Shown here: positions 39,707 through 47,998 of the stretch, one piece after another
Position numbering within the stretch: the first letter of the stretch is position 1
Layout: every line of letters begins with the position of its first letter
From: Candidatus Poseidoniales archaeon
GTDB lineage: Archaea > Thermoplasmatota > Poseidoniia > Poseidoniales > Poseidoniaceae
DNA: 64,000 bases
Direction of reading: 5' to 3'
Assembly: GCA_003602605.1 (NCBI GenBank)
Contig: QQRW01000040.1
Coordinates: 19,283-83,282, forward strand
Notes under the pieces: generated by a model
Databases searched by the model: none
Seen by the model: the letters and a program-made list of their open reading frames with translations, nothing else
What the model was told of the DNA's origin: nothing
Program-made: the position numbers and the translations under genes

Positions 39707-40990
39707 TTACAATTTAGCGTGAATCTTGAGGACGTCTCCGTCGCTCATCTCATGTTCTGAACCAACGACTCGACGGGTTCTTCCATCAACGCCACGAATG
39801 AACCCGTCACCAAGATCGCTGTGAACCTTGTATGCGAGTTGTTTGGCTTGAATGCCAGAAGGGACCACAAAGGCATCGGGCAAAACTTTTCCATCACCAT
39901 CAGTCCAATGCGATTCGTCTTGAACAGGATAGACGACAATATGGTTGAGTTCATCGAACAGGACGGCGTCAATAAGCGGTGCTACGCCTGTGCCATTGTT
40001 ACTCGAGAGGCGTTCAAGCATATGGTCCAAAGCCCTTGTTTGTGCCTCAGAGAGTGATTGCGGATTCGTATATTCAAACGTTGATTCACCAGGCACATAA
40101 CCAATCAAATCAGCTGAACTTGCACGGCGCAGCGCAAGTTCTACATCTGCCATACATGAGACCAAACAACCGTCGGATTCAATTCCCTGCAACACCCCTT
40201 TGGGGGCAATATCAAACTTGTTTGCAGCGATATGAATCGGGAACAATATCCGTCGTACCTCAACGGAAAGAGCGGTAATAATCGAAGCATCCCAATCCCA
40301 AGGGCTGCCAAGAGAAGTATGCTCTTTTTTGAAAGATTCAAAAGCGAGTGAAATCGATTGTGGCGTCGCTCCAAGACCGGTGAGTCGCTCATGGATATAA
40401 CTCACCAAGCCTTTCTCACCTTCTGCTTGCACGCGTCGAACTCCTCTGGTCCAACCGTCGTTAAGAAGGCCTGAAATCCAAGCATCAAGTTCGACTCCAA
40501 GGAACTCGATTTCATCACGAATTCGTTGTTGAGCCACCTCTTTGGTCTGATTGGCACCTTGTGGATTGCCTTCAAGGTCCGTCGTTCCTGCAGCGTCAAC
40601 AACTTGAATCAAAGCATCGCAATTTGCTAGGTCTGCTAAGAATGCATTTCCACGACCTTTACCTTCGCTCGCACCAGGGACGAGGCCTGCGATATCGACT
40701 AAAAAACAAGGAACCAGTCGGCGATGTCCAACACAGGATCCCGTTCGCGGTTCACACAGACTTCCTTGACGCGGGTCTTCATCACTGGTTGCCTCGAGAC
40801 GGCCTTCGGACTCCAATCGCTCTCGGATATCCTTGCAAGGGCACGGCAAACGAGCTGCGACGAATGCTACGCCGACGTTCGGTTCAATGGTACAAAACGG
40901 GTAATTCGCAATATCCACTTTAGCGAGTGTTGCAGCGCTGAAGAAGGTTGACTTTCCGACGTTCGGTTTACCAACCAATCCGATTTTCAC
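39707..40990 (-). CDS. Obg-family GTPase of the YchF/Ygr210 type with C-terminal TGS-like domain
   Basis: G1 GLVGKPNVGKST, YPFCTIEPN, G3 DIAGLV. Cys-rich insertion between G2 and G3. GTG start. Confidence 0.75.
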   Translation of the reverse strand: MKIGLVGKPNVGKSTFFSAATLAKVDIANYPFCTIEPNVGVAFVAARLPCPCKDIRERLESEGRLEATSDEDPRQGSLCEPRTGSCVGHRRLVPCFLVDIAGLVPGASEGKGRGNAFLADLANCDALIQVVDAAGTTDLEGNPQGANQTKEVAQQRIRDEIEFLGVELDAWISGLLNDGWTRGVRRVQAEGEKGLVSYIHERLTGLGATPQSISLAFESFKKEHTSLGSPWDWDASIITALSVEVRRILFPIHIAANKFDIAPKGVLQGIESDGCLVSCMADVELALRRASSADLIGYVPGESTFEYTNPQSLSEAQTRALDHMLERLSSNNGTGVAPLIDAVLFDELNHIVVYPVQDESHWTDGDGKVLPDAFVVPSGIQAKQLAYKVHSDLGDGFIRGVDGRTRRVVGSEHEMSDGDVLKIHAKL

Positions 40991-41014
40991 AGTGATTCCG
41001 CCTTGTGGAGGTGA

Positions 41015-42982
41015 TCACTCTTCTTCCGAGTCGAGAATCTCGTTGCGGATTTTGGAAATCATAATGTCGAGTTCAGGAAGGTTCAATCGGCCATCTCCGT
41101 CGAGGTCAACTGCGTTGACAAGTCGGCCCATTTCCCATGGAGGTAAATCTGCAATGTTAGCCTTGGAGAGAGCTTCTCTAAATTCGTAGCCGTCTACCTC
41201 ACCGGAACCGTCGAGGTCGATTGAACTAAAGAACTCAAAGATGGATTGCTTGGACTGCTTAAGGTATTGTGCGAGCATGACGAGTTCTTCAGGCATAGGA
41301 TACTCGGCGACTTCATCGTTGTGAAGTTGAGCTGTAACGCGAATCAACGACGAGCCCCCTTCGTCTTCTTCGACCTCGCCGATAGTGAGGTTCGTATCGA
41401 TTCCAACACCACGGCCGAGCAGTGTGCGAATGGTCGTCGAGCCCTCGACAAGTGTGTAAGACTGGATGTCGCTTTGAACAGCCAAGTCAGCGTATGCTGC
41501 GTTATTTGGACGGCCGGTGTGAATCATCGAAAGTGCGGCCAAAATGGTTCCAAGTGTAACGAAGTAGAACATTGCAGCAGATACGAGGAAGAACCCGTCG
41601 GTAGATGCAACAGCATCTTCGATGCCAGAGTTCACTACGGCGTATGCAGTAAAGTCTCCAATAAGCGCTGATACAGTTGCAGTCACACCGCCAATGATGG
41701 TGAACCAAACTGCAAGTTGTGCATTGCTTGCCTTAGCAAGTTGCTTTTGTGCAACGAGAGGATAGGAAGTGAAGATGGCTGCGAGCATCATCAAACCGCC
41801 AATGGTAGAAATGAATCCAGTATCAACTGTGTGGGCCATCGAACCGAGTTTGTCCATTCCAACGAAAGTGTCCATTCCAGTAAAGAACCCGCCAACTGCA
41901 TAGATAGGGAGAAGCATCATTGCAGCAGTTGCGGCAAATGCACCCGGACTCTTGACGATGCGTTCTGGGCTTGATGCGGCTGTCGCTACCATGTTTACTG
42001 AACCGGCAAACAGTGGAAGGAGCCCAATTGCCATGAGAATAGCTCCGATGTTTTGTAGTAATTCGCCGCCATCAGCAGCAGAAAGGAAGAACGGAGGGAT
42101 GGTGATGAAAAGGAAAATCATGTTTGTTTTCTGCATTGAAGCGGACCATACTGGTTTGCCTGCAGTGAATGGAATGATATGGTATGCTGCAGCAAAGATG
42201 AGTGCGAGAGGGACCCACCCATTCAAAACTCTCTCTGCCAACCAGACGGTTTGAGTAGAGTCGACGACATCACCAAAGAAAGCAAAGAACATACTCATGA
42301 TTTTCGAAACCAAAGCAAGAACGAGGAACCACGTGGTAGGGGACAGGTCGTCATGTTCTCGGTCTCCAAGAGTGATGAATACATTGATGAGAAGAGCAAT
42401 GTGAAGCATTGCCCCAACCAAAAGAAGGGATATGTTCTGAATTGTTTCCAGTACTTCATCCCCGTTCGAAACATCGATCAGAGAGAAAACTGCAGGGAGT
42501 AAGAGAACGACGGTTGTCGATGCAGTGAGAAGAACTGCGACCATCGAAGCACTTGCTTCACTGGCCAAACGACCGTTGGAAGAGCGAGAAACAGCGACAA
42601 GTGCAGCACCTATCAACAAATAGTTCAAGGCTGTCGAGAAGAAAATTGCTGTATAATCGGTCAACATTGAACCGTCATCATAACTCCAACCAACGCTGGA
42701 TAATGAATTAAGAGCGGTTGGATCGTATCGGTGCCAAATTCCCAAGAACATGCTAAGAGCAGCCATGAAGAACCAAGCCACACCGAAGCGAATCCAGGTC
42801 TTTGTACCGCTGCCTGCTTTATCGTTAAACAAGTCAATAAGACCTGCTGGTGCTTTATTGAGCAAAAACAAACCAACTTGTCGTAGTGGTTTTGCCATTC
42901 CTCCTATTCCCTTAACCATGTAATTGGCAACAAGGATGAGTGTTGCCAAAAGAAGACCGGCTGTAATGAATACTGTTTCCAT
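41015..42982 (-). CDS. Polytopic (about 12-14 TM) membrane protein with a C-terminal pair of canonical EF-hands
   Basis: Hydrophobic helices throughout aa 1-500. EF loops DLDGSGEVDGYE and DLDGDGRLNLPE (nt about 41060-41220). Confidence 0.65.
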   Translation of the reverse strand: METVFITAGLLLATLILVANYMVKGIGGMAKPLRQVGLFLLNKAPAGLIDLFNDKAGSGTKTWIRFGVAWFFMAALSMFLGIWHRYDPTALNSLSSVGWSYDDGSMLTDYTAIFFSTALNYLLIGAALVAVSRSSNGRLASEASASMVAVLLTASTTVVLLLPAVFSLIDVSNGDEVLETIQNISLLLVGAMLHIALLINVFITLGDREHDDLSPTTWFLVLALVSKIMSMFFAFFGDVVDSTQTVWLAERVLNGWVPLALIFAAAYHIIPFTAGKPVWSASMQKTNMIFLFITIPPFFLSAADGGELLQNIGAILMAIGLLPLFAGSVNMVATAASSPERIVKSPGAFAATAAMMLLPIYAVGGFFTGMDTFVGMDKLGSMAHTVDTGFISTIGGLMMLAAIFTSYPLVAQKQLAKASNAQLAVWFTIIGGVTATVSALIGDFTAYAVVNSGIEDAVASTDGFFLVSAAMFYFVTLGTILAALSMIHTGRPNNAAYADLAVQSDIQSYTLVEGSTTIRTLLGRGVGIDTNLTIGEVEEDEGGSSLIRVTAQLHNDEVAEYPMPEELVMLAQYLKQSKQSIFEFFSSIDLDGSGEVDGYEFREALSKANIADLPPWEMGRLVNAVDLDGDGRLNLPELDIMISKIRNEILDSEEE

Positions 42983-42994
42983 ACATCACACCTC

Positions 42995-43267
42995 CTAATC
43001 GACAATGACCTCGCTGAGAAGTGAGGCGACAATTGCACCGACACCGATGAGAATGCCAATCAAGTAGTACCAAATTCCACTGCCGCCGAGATTTCCGATG
43101 AGTGGCACCAATTCTCCGAGAAGTGGAATGTTATCCCATCCGAATACATTTGAGAATAAAGCGAGTAGGCCAAGGAGGGCAACGCTGAACAAGGTCAAGA
43201 AGACCCGACTGCTCGATGGTTCTCCTGTTCCAACGGTAACATCTGGTAGAGTTGTAGCGCTTGACAT
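42995..43267 (-). CDS. Small two-TM membrane protein, likely co-transcribed with the EF-hand membrane protein
   Basis: ATG at 43267, two hydrophobic helices, 12-nt gap to the downstream gene. Confidence 0.45.
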   Translation of the reverse strand: MSSATTLPDVTVGTGEPSSSRVFLTLFSVALLGLLALFSNVFGWDNIPLLGELVPLIGNLGGSGIWYYLIGILIGVGAIVASLLSEVIVD

Positions 43268-43285
43268 TTTTCATCACCCATACAT

Positions 43286-43300
43286 GACCCCGTAGGGGTC
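43286..43300. repeat. Perfect palindrome GACCCC-gta-GGGGTC
   Basis: 6-bp GC-rich inverted repeat 19 nt upstream of the ATG at 43267 and downstream of the radical-SAM gene. Confidence 0.6.
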
Positions 43301-43354
43301 AATCCGTCCACTCGCATTGCGGTGATAAACGTTCACTCCTTGCGAAGAGGTTTT

Positions 43355-43372
43355 TTCCAATAAAAAAGGGAC
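43355..43372 (-). terminator. Oligo-T tract just after the radical-SAM gene stop
   Basis: The minus strand reads TAA-gtCCCTTTTTTATTGGAAAAAACC. A T6 run is the usual archaeal termination signal. Confidence 0.4.
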
Positions 43373-44539
43373 TTAGGGTGAACGAAGACGGTCCAACACA
43401 TTCCCTCGTCGGTGCTTCGAAATTCCGAGGGGTACAGGTAAGGTTTGTTCGAGCAAAATCTCTTCCTTCCACGCCTTTTCGCAATCGCAAGACAGGCCTT
43501 CAAATTCTTCAAGTTCACCAGATACTGCATACCGTTCAATGGCCGCAACAACAACGGAATCACACGCACCACAATTGTGTGCACCACGTATTTTACCGCC
43601 AGCAGTGGGGTGAATAATGAGGCGACAAACTTGGTCAGCGTCTCCGTTCTTGCCACCTTCCGGGTGAATGGTTGGGTGGACTCTGCGAATCATTTCAACC
43701 AGGGACCAAAGCCACGGTGGGCGGTACTCATTGTTGCGATGGAGTCGGTCGATGATAGTGCCACGCTGGATATTCATCGGATTGACTGAAATCTCATCGC
43801 TTCGGCCTGCAACTTGTTCAATCCAACGAACACCATGAATCAAAGCGTCTGCTTCACTCATAAACGGCGGTTTAAACATCAAATATGTCTTCACTCGAAT
43901 GTCGAATTTCTTCAAATTCTCAACTGCTCGATCCCACGATTTCGTCGTGAAGCCCTTATTCACATGGAAACGAAGTACTTCATCATCGTAGGCTTCTAGT
44001 CCGACGGCAACAGCAAAGCTTTGATTCAATTGAGATGCCCAAGCAAGTTTCTCTTCAGTCAGTTGTTCACAACGGCTCTCAACAATCAGTTCTTTACCGA
44101 GTTCATGGCAATCCCTCAGTACTGTTTCTTGGAATTCCACTGGTATTTCTCTGTCCTCGAGCAGTGAACCGCTGGTGTATACCTTGACCATGGCATGATC
44201 TTTGAAATCCTCAAACTTCTTCTTGGCATAAGCCCACTGGGAGTGGAGATCTTCGTTAGTGACATCGTCTCGAGTATCGTTGAAGTATCCACAGAACGTA
44301 CATCCACTGGACCACCACCAGTGGCATCCTTTGGTCCGAAGAATAACAGTTACTGCACTGCATGGGGTCCCATCTGCCAATGTTTCTGGCGTGTAATAAA
44401 CGGTTGCTGGCTCGCTTGCATCCCACGACTGTTGACGTGCTACTGCCCATGGGGTATTTGCTGGAGCTTTAACGAGGTCGTGTATTCGCGAACCTTTGGC
44501 GCCGTCTCCGACAAGCGTCAACGACTTCGGCCCGGTCAT
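43373..44539 (-). CDS. Radical-SAM-like protein, possibly TIGR01210 / archaeosine synthase beta (RaSEA)-like
   Basis: Cys cluster RTKGCHWWWSSGCTFCGYF near the N-terminus and a second cluster NCGACD...LSCDCE near the C-terminus. Family name is from memory only. The ATG at 44539 is preferred over the TTG at 44551. Confidence 0.45.
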   Translation of the reverse strand: MTGPKSLTLVGDGAKGSRIHDLVKAPANTPWAVARQQSWDASEPATVYYTPETLADGTPCSAVTVILRTKGCHWWWSSGCTFCGYFNDTRDDVTNEDLHSQWAYAKKKFEDFKDHAMVKVYTSGSLLEDREIPVEFQETVLRDCHELGKELIVESRCEQLTEEKLAWASQLNQSFAVAVGLEAYDDEVLRFHVNKGFTTKSWDRAVENLKKFDIRVKTYLMFKPPFMSEADALIHGVRWIEQVAGRSDEISVNPMNIQRGTIIDRLHRNNEYRPPWLWSLVEMIRRVHPTIHPEGGKNGDADQVCRLIIHPTAGGKIRGAHNCGACDSVVVAAIERYAVSGELEEFEGLSCDCEKAWKEEILLEQTLPVPLGISKHRRGNVLDRLRSP

Positions 44540-44599
44540 GGTATCCCTCAATGACAGGTCGCATGGCTATGCCGTTTCAATGCACCGCTTCAAGAACGG

Positions 44600-45451
44600 T
44601 TATGATTCGTGTGAAGTGAACAGAATTGTGGAACCTGCTCGGACAAATTCTCCCTTTGGATGCGTGGGGTCTTGTTCCTCGGCAGAAACCACATTTGGCA
44701 TGAATGAGTGTGCGGGTACGCGGATATCGACGCGAGATCCGAGACGAATCATACCGTATCGCTGGCCACGACGAACCTCGGTACCGATGGAGAGCCACGG
44801 TACAATTGTTCGAGCCAAAGCACCCGATATTTGTGTCACTTCTACCATGAGGTCGGATTCTCCTTTGAACACACTTCGTACTCTCTCATTGTATTGACTC
44901 TCCTTCTTGTAAGCAGCCAAAAAAGGACCCCGGCGTAGTCCTTTTCCAGCTCGGTGCTCCATTCGATGAAGCGTTCCTGCAAGCGGAGAACGATTGACAT
45001 GAACGTCAAGTGGGGACATGAATATGGCGATTCGAAAGACATCGCTCTTAGATTCTTCACCCTTCTCCACTGGCTCGAAACGCTGCTCGGTTTCGAACAG
45101 GAGTGGATTTTCCATAGGAACAGGATACCAGTCCCCAGTAAGAGAATCTGATTCACAATCCCCTGAATCCATCTCGTCCTTGTTCGGACGTCGGCCTGTT
45201 GCCCGTTCACGGCGAACAAACATGACATGTCCATCAGCTGGGCTTACCAATACATTTTGGTCGCGAGGTATTGGACGGTCTGGGTCTCGCCAAAAATTTG
45301 CAAAGAAAGCAGAGAGCATAAGGCAAAAAATCCCAAACAATGGAATTAATCCATACAGGGAATCGATTGTTGCTCCAATAATGAGGGCGCTTCCTCCCAT
45401 CATCAAAGGGATGAGAACTGGAGCGTGGCCGCCATGGGCCAGTCCACCCAT
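44600..45451 (-). CDS. psd: Phosphatidyl/archaetidylserine decarboxylase proenzyme
   Basis: RDPDR..VSPADGHV, FMSPLDVHVNRSP, self-cleavage-type GMIRLGSRVDI. N-terminal TM helices. Confidence 0.8.
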   Translation of the reverse strand: MGGLAHGGHAPVLIPLMMGGSALIIGATIDSLYGLIPLFGIFCLMLSAFFANFWRDPDRPIPRDQNVLVSPADGHVMFVRRERATGRRPNKDEMDSGDCESDSLTGDWYPVPMENPLLFETEQRFEPVEKGEESKSDVFRIAIFMSPLDVHVNRSPLAGTLHRMEHRAGKGLRRGPFLAAYKKESQYNERVRSVFKGESDLMVEVTQISGALARTIVPWLSIGTEVRRGQRYGMIRLGSRVDIRVPAHSFMPNVVSAEEQDPTHPKGEFVRAGSTILFTSHES

Positions 45452-45460
45452 AAAATCGCC

Positions 45461-46240
45461 TCACTCAGCCCAAGGGTCGTCGCCATCAGCCCAAGTAGCG
45501 GCAGAGGTGGTTTCAGGAGCAGCAGGTTCTGCAACTTCTTCTGTTGCCTCTTCTGCACCCTCTTCTACAGCCTCTTCTGCGGTATCCTCAGGTGTGGCAT
45601 CTACAACTTCCACAGACGCTGTTGACTCTTCGGCAGCCTTACTCTCAGCGTCTGCCTCAGCTAAATCAGATGCTCGCGCCTCGACCATGTCCTCCATACG
45701 TTCAGTGAATGCTCGGGCCATGTGTTGCGATTTTCGCTCGGCTTCAATAGCTCGCTCAATCATTTCGTAACGGACTTTGATTGCCTTGTTGAGGTCTTCA
45801 AAAATTTGCATGTGGTCAACATACCAATCGTCACGTGCCTTCATTTCGACAACAGCGTGTTTCAAGTCATTATCAAGTTCTTCAGCAATGCTGAACACGG
45901 TGCTCACACGATTCTTTTCTCTGGAATATTTCTCTTCCATCTTTTCCAATTCAGGTTCGAGGTGTTCAACCTTCTTTGACGCTTTGACTGCACGAAGTTC
46001 AAGTTCGCGAATTCGGACTTCTTTTTCTGAAAGAAGTGCCTCTTGAGTTTCCTTTTCGATTTCTCGTTCGATGATTTCCTTTTCCAGAACTTCAATGGTC
46101 GCCACTGCATCCTCGAGGTCTGATTGAGCTGAGGTAAACGCTTCATACAGGACCTTAATTTGGTCTTCGTATTCTTCAGCGGTTAATTTCTTTACAGCTG
46201 GTTCAAAATCCGCTGGTGTAATGGTTCCATCTTCGGTCAT
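45461..46240 (-). CDS. Coiled-coil protein with strongly acidic Ala/Glu-rich C-terminus
   Basis: Heptad-like E/K-rich sequence for about 180 aa. Tail EEAVEEGAEEATEEVAE...WADGDDPWAE. The ATG at 46240 is preferred over the TTG at 46339. Confidence 0.5.
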   Translation of the reverse strand: MTEDGTITPADFEPAVKKLTAEEYEDQIKVLYEAFTSAQSDLEDAVATIEVLEKEIIEREIEKETQEALLSEKEVRIRELELRAVKASKKVEHLEPELEKMEEKYSREKNRVSTVFSIAEELDNDLKHAVVEMKARDDWYVDHMQIFEDLNKAIKVRYEMIERAIEAERKSQHMARAFTERMEDMVEARASDLAEADAESKAAEESTASVEVVDATPEDTAEEAVEEGAEEATEEVAEPAAPETTSAATWADGDDPWAE

Positions 46241-46339
46241 TCCTTCACCCGGAGGTAAGCCTCCGTGAACACCCACACACCTCCACCCTATCAAGCCGAC
46301 GCTTGGTAGGACTGATTTGATGGGCCAATTGAGCCGCAA

Positions 46340-47302
46340 TTAACAGTACGAATCAGTTACAGATACAAGTTCCCGAGCGATGCTCACCTCGCCCATCGAA
46401 TGGCCTGCATCGGGAACCATAACCAGATGGCTTGAAGGGACTGCTTTGTGCAATTCCCACGCACTACGAGCCGGGCAGACTACATCGTATCGGCCCTGTA
46501 CAATATGCATTGGAATGTGTTGGATGGAGGCAACATTGTTGAGAATATGTGCTTCTTCGAGGAAAATAGCGTTAATGAAATAATGACATTCAATGCGAGC
46601 GAATGCAACTGCAAAATCTAAGTCCTCGGCTTTTTCCAGGTATGAATCATCAGGGAATAAGCGACTTGTAGCCATTTCCCAGCGCGTCCACTCCTTAGCA
46701 GCGGCACGGCGAACATCGACATCGTCACTGGTCAGGCGCGTATAGTAAGCCTTGATGAGATCGTTTTGTTCCTCAAGTGGAATGTGTTCGCGGTATCCTT
46801 CAAATGCATCTGGGAAAATGTGACTTGCTCCGTCTTGGTAAAACCAGTGCAGTTCACTTTTACGACACATGAAGATGCCTCGCAGCATCAAACTCAGGGC
46901 GCGCTCGGGATATTGTTGTGCGTAAACAAGGGAGAGAGTAGAGCCCCAAGAGCCCCCGAATACATGCCATTTCTCAATTCCAAATGTTTCGCGTAACAAT
47001 TCAATATCATGAACGGATGCTTGGGTGGTATTGTCCTTCAATTCAGCATAAGGGGTCGATTTTCCACATCCGCGCTGGTCGAATTGAATGATGTTGTAGG
47101 CGCTAGGATCGAAGTATCGACGGTACGCTGGTTGACCGCCACCACCTGGTCCGCCGTGAATCACTATGACCGGCATACCATCGGGATTTCCGCTCTTTTC
47201 CCAAGCAATTGTATGTACATCTGATACAGGCAACATACCGGTTTCATAGGGTTCAATAAGCGGATACAGTACATCATCAATGGTTGTCGTAACGTCGATC
47301 AT
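46340..47302 (-). CDS. pip: Proline iminopeptidase (alpha/beta hydrolase)
   Basis: HGGPGGG, nucleophile elbow GGSWGSTL, C-terminal DAGHS. The ATG at 47302 gives about 320 aa. The longer ORF to 47569 overlaps the divergent gene. Confidence 0.85.
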   Translation of the reverse strand: MIDVTTTIDDVLYPLIEPYETGMLPVSDVHTIAWEKSGNPDGMPVIVIHGGPGGGGQPAYRRYFDPSAYNIIQFDQRGCGKSTPYAELKDNTTQASVHDIELLRETFGIEKWHVFGGSWGSTLSLVYAQQYPERALSLMLRGIFMCRKSELHWFYQDGASHIFPDAFEGYREHIPLEEQNDLIKAYYTRLTSDDVDVRRAAAKEWTRWEMATSRLFPDDSYLEKAEDLDFAVAFARIECHYFINAIFLEEAHILNNVASIQHIPMHIVQGRYDVVCPARSAWELHKAVPSSHLVMVPDAGHSMGEVSIARELVSVTDSYC

Positions 47303-47341
47303 GAACACTTCGTAAAGCCGGAGAATATTGTTCTTATCGGA

Positions 47342-47998
47342 ATGGACATCTTCTTGGAATGGGTCGGCTCGACCGCTTCTATGAGCCGGAGAGAAGCGAC
47401 CGAAGTGTTCAGCGAATGGGCCGAGAAAGGCAAGGATGAGGGCATGGAAAAAGGACATGCTGCATCGGTTCACGCCATGCTCCAACTTGGCGGAATACCG
47501 CGTCAAGACAACTATTCGGCCGTCGATATAGGATGCGGAAACGGGTGGGTCTGCAGACTTCTTGCCCAAGATGAATCTTGCACCAGAGTGCTTGGCGTTG
47601 ATGGTTCAGAAGCGATGATTTCCAAAGCGAAACAGATTGATTCCAACGGCGATTATAGAGTTACAAAGCTGCCCGAGTGGGCACCAACTGAAAAATTTGA
47701 TTTTGTCCACAGTATGGAATTCTTGTACTACCTCCATGACCCACAATCTATGCTCAAACAACTGCATGAAAACTGGCTAAACAGTGGAGGAATGCTGGTT
47801 GCGGGCATAGACCACTACCGTGAAAACGATGACAGTCTCGATTGGCCGGACGCTTTGAATGTTCATATGACAACACTCAGCATTGATGAATGGAGGACAG
47901 CAATGATTGAAGCTGGCTTTATCGATGTAGAAATACACCAAGTTGCTGCAAGTGATTCATTCGTCGGAACACTTGTCATGTGCGGCAAAAAAATCTAG
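47342..47998 (+). CDS. Class I SAM-dependent methyltransferase
   Basis: Motif I VDIGCGNGW, post-I LGVDGSEAMI. The stop overlaps the convergent AddA-like stop by 4 nt. Confidence 0.7.
   Translation: MDIFLEWVGSTASMSRREATEVFSEWAEKGKDEGMEKGHAASVHAMLQLGGIPRQDNYSAVDIGCGNGWVCRLLAQDESCTRVLGVDGSEAMISKAKQIDSNGDYRVTKLPEWAPTEKFDFVHSMEFLYYLHDPQSMLKQLHENWLNSGGMLVAGIDHYRENDDSLDWPDALNVHMTTLSIDEWRTAMIEAGFIDVEIHQVAASDSFVGTLVMCGKKI

Noticed and set aside
41500-42982. Resemblance of the EF-hand protein's membrane domain to haem-copper oxidase subunit I (for example AAYHIIPFTAGKPVWS)
   Set aside because: Only one short segment is reminiscent. The CuB His-His pair and the haem-ligating His pattern are not visible, so no oxidase call is made.
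45018-45770. 250-aa plus-strand Ser/Ala-rich ORF
   Set aside because: It runs antisense across the psd and coiled-coil genes. Its composition mirrors the Glu/Ala-rich tail on the other strand. No motifs.
47303-47569. 89-codon N-terminal extension of the proline iminopeptidase ORF
   Set aside because: It overlaps the divergent methyltransferase gene. The ATG at 47302 yields the canonical length of about 320 aa, starting just before the conserved N-terminus.
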